In this document: piece by piece, positions 38,174 to 47,075 of the stretch
Layout of the letters: every line of letters starts with the position of its first letter
How positions within the stretch are numbered: the first letter of the stretch is position 1
Source of the DNA: a virus
Taxonomy: Duplodnaviria; Caudoviricetes
Strand: one strand, 5' to 3'
DNA length: 64,000 nt
IMG/VR virus record: IMGVR_UViG_2847593706_000001
Coordinates: 1-64,000 of that record
Made by a program: the position numbers and the translations under genes
Notes under the pieces: model-generated
The model's database searches: none
The model's input: only the letters and a program-made list of their open reading frames with translations
What the model was told of the DNA's origin: nothing

Positions 38174-38206
38174 CAAATTTACTAAATTATTGTTTTTAAG
38201 ACAATA
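38174..38206 (-). promoter_or_regulatory. Candidate late promoter: -7 box plus palindrome copy 6
   Basis: TAAATTTG on the minus strand (38174-38181) and TATTGTTTTTAAGACAATA (38188-38206). Confidence 0.7.
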
Positions 38207-38225
38207 TAAATATTTTTAAAAATTA

Positions 38226-38534
38226 CTATTTTAAAGCCTCTCTGAACTTCTCTTTATAGTGTTCAATTTCTACTTCTTCGGTACAGCATTCAATGAATTC
38301 TTCCATGACTTCTTTCATACGGTACTCTTTACTATTTCTTAGCAAATTAAGTACTTGCTTCAGCAGGGTATCATAATCAGACTTGACTTTAATCAAATAT
38401 TGATCTTGTGTCTTTTCTAATTGTTTGTGTCTGGCTATGATCCTGGCTAAACCTCTTATTTCCGATAGTGAAACGATAAACAAGCCTAAAAAAGCTATTG
38501 TTGTAAGAGATAAAATAAATTCCAATGTTGTCAT
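38226..38534 (-). CDS. Membrane-anchored coiled-coil protein
   Basis: N-terminal TM helix. Confidence 0.6.
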   Translation of the reverse strand: MTTLEFILSLTTIAFLGLFIVSLSEIRGLARIIARHKQLEKTQDQYLIKVKSDYDTLLKQVLNLLRNSKEYRMKEVMEEFIECCTEEVEIEHYKEKFREALK

Positions 38535-38600
38535 TTGATAAAATTGTTTTTAAAATTAAAATTTGATTTACTAATATTATTACGGTTTTCCTTACTGGGA

Positions 38601-39002
38601 TTATTTTAATTTTATCCAACCGTAATTGATCAGGGTTAAAACTGATTTTCCGTCATATGGAACTGCAAAACCTTCTGCCCTTAAATATTCATTTACTGCT
38701 GCATTGTACCCCATTGTATCATTATCTTTTGCATAATGAAGATTAGAAGCTATTATTTTGCCATATTCAACCTTCAGATATTTTTCTGATTGATAGCATC
38801 TTTTTGCAACTTCCAAGGCTTGTTCATCAGATATTTTAAGGCAACTATTAAGTTCTAAATGACAACTTTTAATGTGATATTTGTCCATATAGGTTCCACC
38901 GACTTTTTGACGAACATCATTTTCATTTACAGTTACTGCCATTATTTTCTGGCCCCAGTGTAAGGCGAAGAAAAGAGATTTGTTTTCTAGTGTGTTTTTC
39001 AT
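38601..39002 (-). CDS. Hypothetical phage protein
   Basis: ORF in small-gene array. Confidence 0.65.
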   Translation of the reverse strand: MKNTLENKSLFFALHWGQKIMAVTVNENDVRQKVGGTYMDKYHIKSCHLELNSCLKISDEQALEVAKRCYQSEKYLKVEYGKIIASNLHYAKDNDTMGYNAAVNEYLRAEGFAVPYDGKSVLTLINYGWIKLK

Positions 39003-39004
39003 GT

Positions 39005-39229
39005 TTATGGTTTTAATACGATTAAAATGTATTCTTCATCATTTTGAAGTATTTCAATTTTTTCTTTTTCAGATCCTATATAGGATTTAACAGCGTCCAG
39101 AATATTGTTTATATTTCTTCCAGAATTATCTGTAATTCTCATTAATAGGGTGAAAACAAAGTCATTTTTAAGGGAGATAACATCACCAAAATTTGCTAAT
39201 TTGTATTTTAATTCTACTAGAATGTCCAT
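39005..39229 (-). CDS. Hypothetical phage protein
   Basis: ORF in small-gene array. Confidence 0.55.
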   Translation of the reverse strand: MDILVELKYKLANFGDVISLKNDFVFTLLMRITDNSGRNINNILDAVKSYIGSEKEKIEILQNDEEYILIVLKP

Positions 39230-39238
39230 ATCACTGTA

Positions 39239-39637
39239 TTATTGTTTTTGAGTTAAAGTTGCTTTGTTGATGTATTCGCATTCCGGTAGGCCGAAGACGT
39301 TGAAGTGGTTTTTAAATAATTCTTGCCAAAAATCATAAGAGAATTTGCAGGTTAAAAATGATTCAGCATCTAAAGCTATTGCTTGTTCAAGGCTTTCGGA
39401 ATCTGTTTCATTTTCCCAAATAAAATTAAATTCGTCTTTTGTTAGATAGGAGAGGTCCCAAAGTATTGGCTTCATTTTAAAAGAATTAGATTTCCCCTGA
39501 TATATTACTGAACTCAAATTTTTTAAATCCAAAGTTTGAATTTCAACAGAGGCGGGATAAATATTTCTTTTAAATTCTACCTGCAGTTTATACGGCAGAT
39601 AAGCCGAGTATATACGTAGTTGTTCTTCTTTTGTCAT
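39239..39637 (-). CDS. Hypothetical phage protein
   Basis: AYLPYKL...KPILWDLSYLT. Confidence 0.65.
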   Translation of the reverse strand: MTKEEQLRIYSAYLPYKLQVEFKRNIYPASVEIQTLDLKNLSSVIYQGKSNSFKMKPILWDLSYLTKDEFNFIWENETDSESLEQAIALDAESFLTCKFSYDFWQELFKNHFNVFGLPECEYINKATLTQKQ

Positions 39638-39639
39638 GG

Positions 39640-40113
39640 CTAGTAAATTGGTGGTTTGTCGGTAATTAATCTATAGTGCGTGGGATCTATACTTTCTCTT
39701 ATTTCATCACTGAATTCTTCGTCATTGTCACAATATGAATGTGAGATAGTAACGTAGGTATCTTGATAATTCCAGTAATGAGCTGTGGTCCATTCAGAAC
39801 CATTTAAAAAACCTATTCTGATACCTTTTGGATTAAAATCTTCATTAATCCAAGCTTTATTAAAACAAACAACCTCTCTTCCTTCATCTGGAAGAACATC
39901 TTCTACTTTTATCCAGCCGTTGTTATTTTCTATCCCATGTAGGGATAAAGGACGAAAATCAGAAAACCTAAATTCCAAAGGCTTGATTTTTTCAGTCATT
40001 TCATGTTTTTGAAAATCAGGATATTTCCCCCACCCATCTTCGTCGATGAAGTCTTTGAATTCATTATAATTGAGTCCCCAAGCCTTTTCTATTATCTGTT
40101 GTTTAGTTTTCAT
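39640..40113 (-). CDS. DUF551-like protein (paralog of 36982-37395)
   Basis: NNGWIKVEDVLP...PTHYRLITDKPPIY. Confidence 0.7.
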   Translation of the reverse strand: MKTKQQIIEKAWGLNYNEFKDFIDEDGWGKYPDFQKHEMTEKIKPLEFRFSDFRPLSLHGIENNNGWIKVEDVLPDEGREVVCFNKAWINEDFNPKGIRIGFLNGSEWTTAHYWNYQDTYVTISHSYCDNDEEFSDEIRESIDPTHYRLITDKPPIY

Positions 40114-40360
40114 AAGTTTTTATTTTTTTGATAAAGGTTTCTAAGTCACAAGGATTATCTTCATGATAATCTTCTTTTATATCAAAAGTTGAATAGTCTT
40201 TTTCCTTCCAAGATTCGCGAGCGTTAGCTATAGTTGAAATTAATCCACAAATGAATTCTTTCCCCTGAAAGAATGATAGAGGTCTAAAGCCTAACGATTC
40301 TAAAGCTTGTCTCGCTTCTTTTGTATTTTTAGTAAATGGTATTTTCTCTTCTTTTGTCAT
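40103..40360 (-). CDS. Hypothetical phage protein
   Basis: ORF in small-gene array. Confidence 0.55.
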   Translation of the reverse strand: MTKEEKIPFTKNTKEARQALESLGFRPLSFFQGKEFICGLISTIANARESWKEKDYSTFDIKEDYHEDNPCDLETFIKKIKTYEN

Positions 40361-40405
40361 TGTTTTGTTTTTTTAGATTATAGTTTTCCTGATGTCAGGA
40401 AGACG

Positions 40406-40825
40406 TTATTTTTTTATCAATCCGTTAAGGAAGTTTATTAGTCCCGGGGATTGGTCTTTAAGGAATGGTTTTGACATATCCCATTCGATCCAGTTTTCAA
40501 ATTGATCGTAGAATCCGCGTGTATAAAATCCTTGACCATTATTCTCGGTAATTTCAACATGCTCATCGTACCATTCCAGCACATCGTTAAGCATTGGTTC
40601 TTTACCGATAATTAATCGTGTTTCTTGAATTACAGATATATATTCAACCCTATGTTGTGAGAATGTTTCTACTCTATTAAAAGAGATCATTTCTTTTTCT
40701 TCCTGAGTAACAATATAACTAATGTCTTCTGAGGTTGGGTAGCAAAAAATACATCCTATACCTAATTCTTTCAGCCTCGGCAGCTTCTCCCGTATATCGG
40801 CTGTTAGCTCTTCTAATGCTTTCAT
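40406..40825 (-). CDS. Hypothetical phage protein
   Basis: ATGA-coupled ORF. Confidence 0.6.
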   Translation of the reverse strand: MKALEELTADIREKLPRLKELGIGCIFCYPTSEDISYIVTQEEKEMISFNRVETFSQHRVEYISVIQETRLIIGKEPMLNDVLEWYDEHVEITENNGQGFYTRGFYDQFENWIEWDMSKPFLKDQSPGLINFLNGLIKK

Positions 40826-41133
40826 TTGATAAAGTTTTCGCAGTTAAGTATGGAGTCTTTGTCAACTGTAAGATTGTCCGCTCCGGCTTGATAGTATTTT
40901 AATTGCTTATCTGTCTTGAAGTGGCCATCGTGAAAATTAATTCGGGCTTTCTCCGCTATTCTCTTCTGCTGTTCCTCCTGGACTAGATTGCAGGCAGCGA
41001 AAACATGCAACATGAATTCATCTTTATTAAGCAAATTAACCTTATAAACATGCTGAAGTGATGGCCAATCTGTGAAGTTTTTGCTTTTCGCGTAAGCGTC
41101 GAAGATCTCTTGTTTCTCTTGGTGGCTACTCAT
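40822..41133 (-). CDS. Hypothetical phage protein
   Basis: ORF in small-gene array. Confidence 0.6.
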   Translation of the reverse strand: MSSHQEKQEIFDAYAKSKNFTDWPSLQHVYKVNLLNKDEFMLHVFAACNLVQEEQQKRIAEKARINFHDGHFKTDKQLKYYQAGADNLTVDKDSILNCENFIK

Positions 41134-41145
41134 TGTTATTTTTCT

Positions 41146-41550
41146 TTAAAGGTTGTTGTTTGAGGCGTCAGAAGTTGACGCGTTTAGTAGTTCAGGATTG
41201 GAGTGAATGTTGCCGATAACAATACTTCTTCCTGTCCTATAAGTATTTAAAATTGATTCGGCACCATTTGGAGTAATGTAAAAACCTCCTTCTTTGTAAT
41301 ATACAGAACCGCTCCAAACTTCATGTTTATGCTCTGGCATACCAAGAATATCCCCCTCATATATCTCTACTCCGTTTTTGTCTTTTAGCCCGGTATACTG
41401 GCCAACTGTTTCGGGAATTACTTGATAGTTGTGCGTTTCACCGTCTTTTTCGGTTTCCCAAATTTGATAATCCCCACCCCAATACATTAAATTACCTGTA
41501 ACCAACTTTTCACCAATTATAGTTTTTGCTCTAAATTTTATTTCTCTCAT
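41146..41550 (-). CDS. YopX-family protein
   Basis: MREIKFRA...VGQYTGLKDKNGVEIYEGDI...VIGNIHSNPELL. Confidence 0.9.
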   Translation of the reverse strand: MREIKFRAKTIIGEKLVTGNLMYWGGDYQIWETEKDGETHNYQVIPETVGQYTGLKDKNGVEIYEGDILGMPEHKHEVWSGSVYYKEGGFYITPNGAESILNTYRTGRSIVIGNIHSNPELLNASTSDASNNNL

Positions 41551-41963
41551 GACATTCTATTTATTTCATCTTGAAAGCCATCTTCTAATTGAACATCGAT
41601 AGGAACTACGGAATCTAAACTTATCAGCGGCTTTCCAAATAGAGTTGCAGAAGCTTTATTCATATGATTATTTATATGTTCATCAATTTTGTAGATTGGT
41701 GCAATTTGTCCTTTCTTTAATCCGTAATAAGGAATGTCGATGATTAATTCAACATATATTGGGAAGTCATCCGCTTTTCTTTCTTCAAACCATTTTAAAG
41801 GTTTAAATAAGTGGGGGAAGTCTGAAACTATATGTTTAAAGCCATCTTCATCATTTCCATCCAATCCCCAATCTCTATCTAGTATTTCATCAATTTCCCA
41901 TTCACATCCTGGATAAGTGTTTATTACTTTAAATCTTGGGTTTAATAATTGTTGCTTATTCAT
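41547..41963 (-). CDS. Hypothetical phage protein
   Basis: ATGA-coupled ORF. Confidence 0.6.
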   Translation of the reverse strand: MNKQQLLNPRFKVINTYPGCEWEIDEILDRDWGLDGNDEDGFKHIVSDFPHLFKPLKWFEERKADDFPIYVELIIDIPYYGLKKGQIAPIYKIDEHINNHMNKASATLFGKPLISLDSVVPIDVQLEDGFQDEINRMS

Positions 41964-42060
41964 AATATTTTTGATTTTAATTGTTTAAAATAAAACCGGG
42001 TGACGGAAATGATCAAATGCCACCCGGAAAAACTAATAACCATGTGACCGTTATTGGTGG

Positions 42061-42294
42061 TCAACCTTTTTTTAAAGCTTTTAAAAGATTATCTATTTGC
42101 TCTATTTTGTCAAAGTCAAATAAAAATATTGAGACTCCTCTTTGATCGAGAAAAACATTATTACTCACTTTACCATTGTGATCAGAAACACCCAAGTAAA
42201 CTATTAAATCTGTAGGCACTTCTTTATTTACATTCAAAGTATATTCATAATATTTGACCTTTATAAACCCTAATTCTTGTAATGCTAAGTCCAT
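42061..42294 (-). CDS. Hypothetical phage protein
   Basis: 77-aa ORF flanked by GC-rich hairpin-like segments. Confidence 0.55.
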   Translation of the reverse strand: MDLALQELGFIKVKYYEYTLNVNKEVPTDLIVYLGVSDHNGKVSNNVFLDQRGVSIFLFDFDKIEQIDNLLKALKKG

Positions 42295-42566
42295 TTTTAA
42301 TTAATATTAATTGTTAATAAAAGCCCGGCAGCGATCCACCACCGCCAGGCAGCCAAATTTTAAATAGGTAGTTTATTGACTTGCCTAGGTCAGCTCAAAT
42401 TTTAAGTAGAAATGATAAATTTTAATTATTGAATCAAAACATTCTTTTGATTAAGTTGTTTCAAATCTAAAACAAATTTTGATAATATCCAAATTTATTT
42501 TGGATTTATACCTTTTTTATCAAAATAAACTTTTGATACTCTATCTTTGTAGGATAAAATAATATT

Positions 42567-42845
42567 ATGAAACTATTAAGATTAAAAGACATTATTAATG
42601 AGCGTAATTTGAAAGGAGAGGATGTGGCAAAAGATTTAGGCATAACTACGACCACTCTTTCAAATTTAAATCAAGGAAACACGTTTCCAAAAGCTGATAT
42701 GCTTGTAAAACTTGCAGAATATTTTGATATTGATATTCGGGAACTTTTTTACCCAACTAAACCAGAAAACAATCTACAAGAACTTTTTATTAAGCAAGAG
42801 GATGGTATTTTTAAGTCTATTGGATTCTTGTCTAAGAACTCATAA
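42567..42845 (+). CDS. XRE-family HTH regulator on the opposite strand
   Basis: EDVAKDLGITTTTLSNLNQGNTFP; TATCTTTG -7 box at 42542-42549. Confidence 0.85.
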   Translation: MKLLRLKDIINERNLKGEDVAKDLGITTTTLSNLNQGNTFPKADMLVKLAEYFDIDIRELFYPTKPENNLQELFIKQEDGIFKSIGFLSKNS

Positions 42846-43230
42846 TCCATCTTTTTAGACAGCTGTTTTGCTCAAATGCATTAACGATATGTGTCAAATA
42901 TTTGTCTTCTTTACGTGACACTAGAAAATATCCGGTTACTGTTGAAGAAGAAATAAAAACATAAAAGTACTCGACATTATTTCCTCCAGATCCAATACAA
43001 AGTATTTTAGCATTGTAGTCTTCTGGAAGAGGTTCGTTATTGATTGCTTTTACACATATAGCTGAAATCTCTGAGCTTGCAGGTTTTAAAACTTTTCCTC
43101 CTTCTTTTATTTGGCCGGATTTAAAGTCTATCTCGATTAGATATTTCGGGTCATATTCGAAAGTTTCAATATCAGATGAACATGATGCCAAGAGAATCGA
43201 TAGAATTAAACTAATAATTAAATTTTTCAT
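42832..43230 (-). CDS. Lipoprotein
   Basis: Lipobox LLAS-C. Confidence 0.7.
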   Translation of the reverse strand: MKNLIISLILSILLASCSSDIETFEYDPKYLIEIDFKSGQIKEGGKVLKPASSEISAICVKAINNEPLPEDYNAKILCIGSGGNNVEYFYVFISSSTVTGYFLVSRKEDKYLTHIVNAFEQNSCLKRWIMSS

Positions 43231-43343
43231 GGTTTAGATTTTGATTTTCGTTTTTTGTAAGGATGAAAAGTCTTGTCAATTCTGTTTTTCTGATAAGTCT
43301 GGATAAGACTTCTTAATTCTGGTTTAATCTTTACGGGTTTCAT
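43227..43343 (-). CDS. Unannotated 38-aa basic ORF
   Basis: MKPVKIKPELRSLIQTYQKNRIDKTFHPYKKRKSKSKP; ATGA overlap with the lipoprotein gene. Confidence 0.45.
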   Translation of the reverse strand: MKPVKIKPELRSLIQTYQKNRIDKTFHPYKKRKSKSKP

Positions 43344-44226
43344 TTTTAACATTTAATCGTTTCCAATGTTGCATCCATATTTCTTCTGATGATTCATGAA
43401 GTTTTAAATAGATGATATAGTTTTTAATCATTTCGTTCTGGAATTCCAGATATGCGTCTTTTTTAATCAATTTTGGTAGGGCAGTACCATCTGCACTTAG
43501 TTTGCCTTCTGCAGTTTCTGGAGCATAATTTTTTAAAAAATTCTCAACAAAAACTAATTTTACTCGGTCGCCTTTATCTTTTTTAATCAATTCGTAAAAA
43601 ATGGGAGTAGCTAAAGTTTTTCCATCAGCTTTGAACCTGTGATAATCCTTTCGAATGTTTTCTAATGTTAAAGCTTCGTATTCTTCAGGGGTCATTTTCT
43701 TTTCCGGAGGGGAGAGAAATTTTTGAATTGAATCTTTAGCATTCTGGTATTTTTGATCCCGGATTTTGAAATCTATGTAACCCATTTCATATTGTGCAAA
43801 ATGCGCTTGATTAATCTCACGGAAAAATCTCACTTTCTCACCGTCAATTTGCAACAGTCCTTTCTGGGCCATACTAATAGCAATCATGAATTCCTTTTCT
43901 GTCAGATCTGACCTCTTTGCATAGTCAATAACCCTGTTTAATGCTATGTTTGTAGGGCTTAAAGCATCTTCCGGATCATCATTGCCATCATCTTCAATTT
44001 TAGCATCTATCTCAAAAACCACTTTATTTGCGAAAATCATTCGTGCGGCTTCATTGCAGTATCTAAGTTTCGGTTGTGAAATTTCCGCCGTAACTGTTTC
44101 CGGCAGCTTGCTTACGAGCTCGTTCGGCAAGTATGGCAGCAGTGGATCTTTTCCCACCCTTGCCAATTGTATTTTCTGGACGGTTGTTAACTCCGTTGTT
44201 TGAGTTGTAACTATTTGATTTTCCAT
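43324..44226 (-). CDS. Replication-module protein (helicase-loader position)
   Basis: 300 aa directly after the initiator; function inferred from position only. Confidence 0.55.
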   Translation of the reverse strand: MENQIVTTQTTELTTVQKIQLARVGKDPLLPYLPNELVSKLPETVTAEISQPKLRYCNEAARMIFANKVVFEIDAKIEDDGNDDPEDALSPTNIALNRVIDYAKRSDLTEKEFMIAISMAQKGLLQIDGEKVRFFREINQAHFAQYEMGYIDFKIRDQKYQNAKDSIQKFLSPPEKKMTPEEYEALTLENIRKDYHRFKADGKTLATPIFYELIKKDKGDRVKLVFVENFLKNYAPETAEGKLSADGTALPKLIKKDAYLEFQNEMIKNYIIYLKLHESSEEIWMQHWKRLNVKNETRKD

Positions 44227-44980
44227 TTTGTTCTTTTTCTACCCATTGATATTTGAATCCCTGCCAACTATTCTCTGCACAGTGCCTAATTGCTTCAGGA
44301 AATGGATAATTATGTTTTTCACATTCCCTGAGAACAGCATCAATAACACTTTCTGTAAATGAAGCTCTTTTCTTTTTCCGGGCCTCAATCCAATCATCAG
44401 CATGTTTTTCTAATGCTCCAAGACCAATAAGCTTTTTCTTAAAGTCTGCCTGATTGAAATATTTTTCTTTTTTTGCGCAACTTTTTTCTTTTTTTTCTGA
44501 TTGTTGATTTGCCAGATCTGATTGTGGAAATAATTCTTTAGATTCTTCAATTGAAATAAAACCTTGTTTTGATTCTTTTTCTAAAAGAATAGAGTTTGGT
44601 TTAGTATTGTTTAGTTTATTAATGGTATCGGTTTGCGTAACGGTTTGTGTGTCGGCTTGTGTAACGAATTGTGTTTCATTTTGCGTGTCACTGTGAAACG
44701 CAATGACTTTGTAAATACAACTTTGATTGCCTTTTCTCTCTTTGAAATCCAGTCTGCCAAGTTGTTTAAGCGTGTTTCTAGCTCTGATTATCGAAGATTT
44801 ACTTAAACTCGTCTTCACCTGTAGTGTTGATATAGCCACCGTAAATTCTACTTTCCATCCCGACTTATTATTTATATGCATCATAGCATGCCATAAAGTA
44901 ATTACAGAATCAGAAACGGAATTTAGTTCGAGCCAATCGTAAAACGAATTTATTTCTTTGATATAGTTCATTCTTACCAA
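44063..44980 (-). CDS. Replication initiator (DnaD-like N-terminal HTH)
   Basis: NYIKEINSFY...LWHAMM.INNKSGW...SIIRARNTLKQLG; internal iteron-like repeats. Confidence 0.8.
   Translation of the reverse strand: MVRMNYIKEINSFYDWLELNSVSDSVITLWHAMMHINNKSGWKVEFTVAISTLQVKTSLSKSSIIRARNTLKQLGRLDFKERKGNQSCIYKVIAFHSDTQNETQFVTQADTQTVTQTDTINKLNNTKPNSILLEKESKQGFISIEESKELFPQSDLANQQSEKKEKSCAKKEKYFNQADFKKKLIGLGALEKHADDWIEARKKKRASFTESVIDAVLRECEKHNYPFPEAIRHCAENSWQGFKYQWVEKEQNGKSNSYNSNNGVNNRPENTIGKGGKRSTAAILAERARKQAAGNSYGGNFTTET
44624..44700 (-). repeat. Iteron-like 12-bp tandem repeats, probable phage origin
   Basis: GACACGCAAAAT GAAACACAATTC GTTACACAAGCC GACACACAAACC GTTACGCAAACC followed by an A-rich tract. 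Confidence 0.65.
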
Positions 44981-45041
44981 TGAGTTTTTAGTATTCTGTT
45001 TTTCTTAGGAATAAAGATCCTAATGATGATATGGGATAGTC

Positions 45042-45251
45042 TCATTTTGTTGGAAGTTCAATTTTCAAAGTTTTAATATCCTTATGGCCAAGTGTAATGT
45101 CAAAATACTTATCAGGACCGTTTTCAAGGCTTTTAAAAACTATTTTTTGAACTTTGTAACCGGACAGCTTAACTTTATTAATCCCCTTGTATTTGTACCG
45201 GAATCCGTTAATAATCACTTCCTGTTCTAGTTTTAAATCTGTTACCTTCAT
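45042..45251 (-). CDS. Hypothetical basic protein
   Basis: ATGA-coupled ORF. Confidence 0.55.
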   Translation of the reverse strand: MKVTDLKLEQEVIINGFRYKYKGINKVKLSGYKVQKIVFKSLENGPDKYFDITLGHKDIKTLKIELPTK

Positions 45252-45505
45252 ATTTGCATATTTTTTTGATGAACCTCTGTCAGGTATTCTTTAGTAAGTG
45301 TATTGGCGTGTGCTTTCTCATGGCAGGTTCTACACAATGCAATAAGATTTTCAATTTGATCTTGTAGATGTTTTGTTTTGCTGCCGAACTCTGATCTTCT
45401 TTGAATGTGGTGAATCTCGGTTGCTTGTTTATGGCAGATTTCGCAATGATAGAACCCGTTATGAGAAGGAAAAAAAGCAAGATAATTTTTCGTGTGCTTT
45501 TCCAT
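45248..45505 (-). CDS. Small HNH endonuclease
   Basis: CEIC...EIHHI...NLIALCRTCHEKAH. Confidence 0.85.
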   Translation of the reverse strand: MEKHTKNYLAFFPSHNGFYHCEICHKQATEIHHIQRRSEFGSKTKHLQDQIENLIALCRTCHEKAHANTLTKEYLTEVHQKNMQI

Positions 45506-45507
45506 TT

Positions 45508-46260
45508 TTACCCATCAACTTTTTCAATATCAAGGTATTTTGAACTGAAAACTGAATCAATGACAGCTTCACACGGAATTACTTTTGCAGATTGAAGTAT
45601 TAAATGAAATTCTCCAAGATCATTTTCCTCTTTGAATTTGTTGGTTAAAAAGGCTTCAATTAATGCTTTTCCGTTTTCAGCGTTTAATGCTTTCACAATA
45701 AATCCATTGTTGTATGAGTGTTCATCCTTTTCAATTTCAACTTCAATCATGTAGAATTTCAGCTCGCCATCATTTTCCTGTGAAACATTTGTGATAAGAA
45801 CAGCATTATTCAATTCTTTAACTCCTGCAATTCCAAAGTGCCCGGGATAAGATTGTTCAATAAAGTCTTTGGCAATATCCAATGCAACAAATACTGAATT
45901 GGCATACATATAAATATTCTTCTTTTTACCTCCGATTACTGCAGTAACACACCAAGTTGAGGTTAGATATTCATCTGAAAATATTCCATCCCTTTTTTGA
46001 TTACTTACATCCACTCTGGCAATATCACCAGAACTTAAATGAAAGTCTACAATTTGTAAATTGTGATTATCTAAAAGAGTTCCTATGTCAAGGATTATTT
46101 CGTTACGTTCGATCGAAACAACCTCACCGCTATCTTCATCAACAAAATCTTCATTCCAGGTTCTTAACAGTCTTTTTGCCAGATACATCCCTTTCATTTC
46201 TTTCAGATCTGATGTGACGAATCTTATCTCTTGATGTTTGGTTTCTAATTTATTTGTCAT
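45508..46260 (-). CDS. Protein with RNA polymerase beta-like N-terminal segment and two DUF4494-like repeats
   Basis: [33 protein letters not shown] resembles Bacteroidota RpoB as recalled. Confidence 0.7.
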   Translation of the reverse strand: [250 protein letters not shown]

Positions 46261-46445
46261 TTTTTAGATTGTTTTTTATTGCGTTCAATTTCAGTTTCAA
46301 GAACATGAAGGTTATCTTCAATGTATTCTTTCACAGGTCCGGCACACTTTCCTTCTTCATACAGCCAAATAAGATATTCAGCTGGTACATCTTGCATTTG
46401 CCGACCTTTATGAATTCCGTAAGGCATTATGTCTGTATCTTCCAT
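46257..46445 (-). CDS. DUF3820/QSregVF_b-like small protein
   Basis: MPYGIHKG..MQDVPAEYLIWL. Confidence 0.75.
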   Translation of the reverse strand: MEDTDIMPYGIHKGRQMQDVPAEYLIWLYEEGKCAGPVKEYIEDNLHVLETEIERNKKQSKK

Positions 46446-46448
46446 AAA

Positions 46449-46631
46449 TTATTTAGTATAAGTTTCTTCTAAATTTTTTCTAAATCTTTCGACCATTTCA
46501 TCAATGGTGATTTCACCTGATTTTACAGTTTCATCCAATTGCTCCATGCTTAATTGTTCATCTTCTTTCCTGTCATAGTAAGTGAAGTCAGAACATAAAT
46601 CATCTATTGTATTGAGAATTATTTCTTTCAT
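46449..46631 (-). CDS. Hypothetical acidic protein
   Basis: ATGA-coupled ORF. Confidence 0.55.
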   Translation of the reverse strand: MKEIILNTIDDLCSDFTYYDRKEDEQLSMEQLDETVKSGEITIDEMVERFRKNLEETYTK

Positions 46632-47074
46632 AGGTAAATTTTGTTGTGATATTGTTCTAATTGATTTTTGATTTCATCCAGATGCACAAGATCTTTCGGT
46701 TCCGGCAGGTATAGATTTAATGTCCGAATTGAATAGTCTCTAAATCTTTCAGTTGCTAAAGACATTTCTTCAGTGTTCAATTCTGCTGAACTTTTCCAAC
46801 GATCGCGAACCTCGCCCGTCTGGTAGTTGATAAACTCCGTTTTGAAAATATCCGGATTCACTATTTTTTTAAAGTGTTCCTGTTTGATTTCTTCAAGCAT
46901 ATCGCCATATTCCAACGCGTACCATCCAAGAATTAAATGCAGATAATTGTTTTGACTGTAAGTCCTGTTTTTTTTCTTTTCCAAAACTTCAATTTTTGCT
47001 TTTTTATCAAGTAGGTGTTTAATTCTGTTGATTGCTTTCTTTTTCATTTCAGGTATGGAAGTATCGAAAATCAT
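46628..47074 (-). CDS. NinB-like recombination protein
   Basis: RTYSQNNYLH...KSSAELNTEEMS...LYLPEP. Confidence 0.7.
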   Translation of the reverse strand: MIFDTSIPEMKKKAINRIKHLLDKKAKIEVLEKKKNRTYSQNNYLHLILGWYALEYGDMLEEIKQEHFKKIVNPDIFKTEFINYQTGEVRDRWKSSAELNTEEMSLATERFRDYSIRTLNLYLPEPKDLVHLDEIKNQLEQYHNKIYL

Positions 47075-47075
47075 A

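Noticed and set aside
44624-44700. CRISPR-like array
   Set aside because: Degenerate 12-bp tandem units without spacers inside a CDS; no cas genes in the window.
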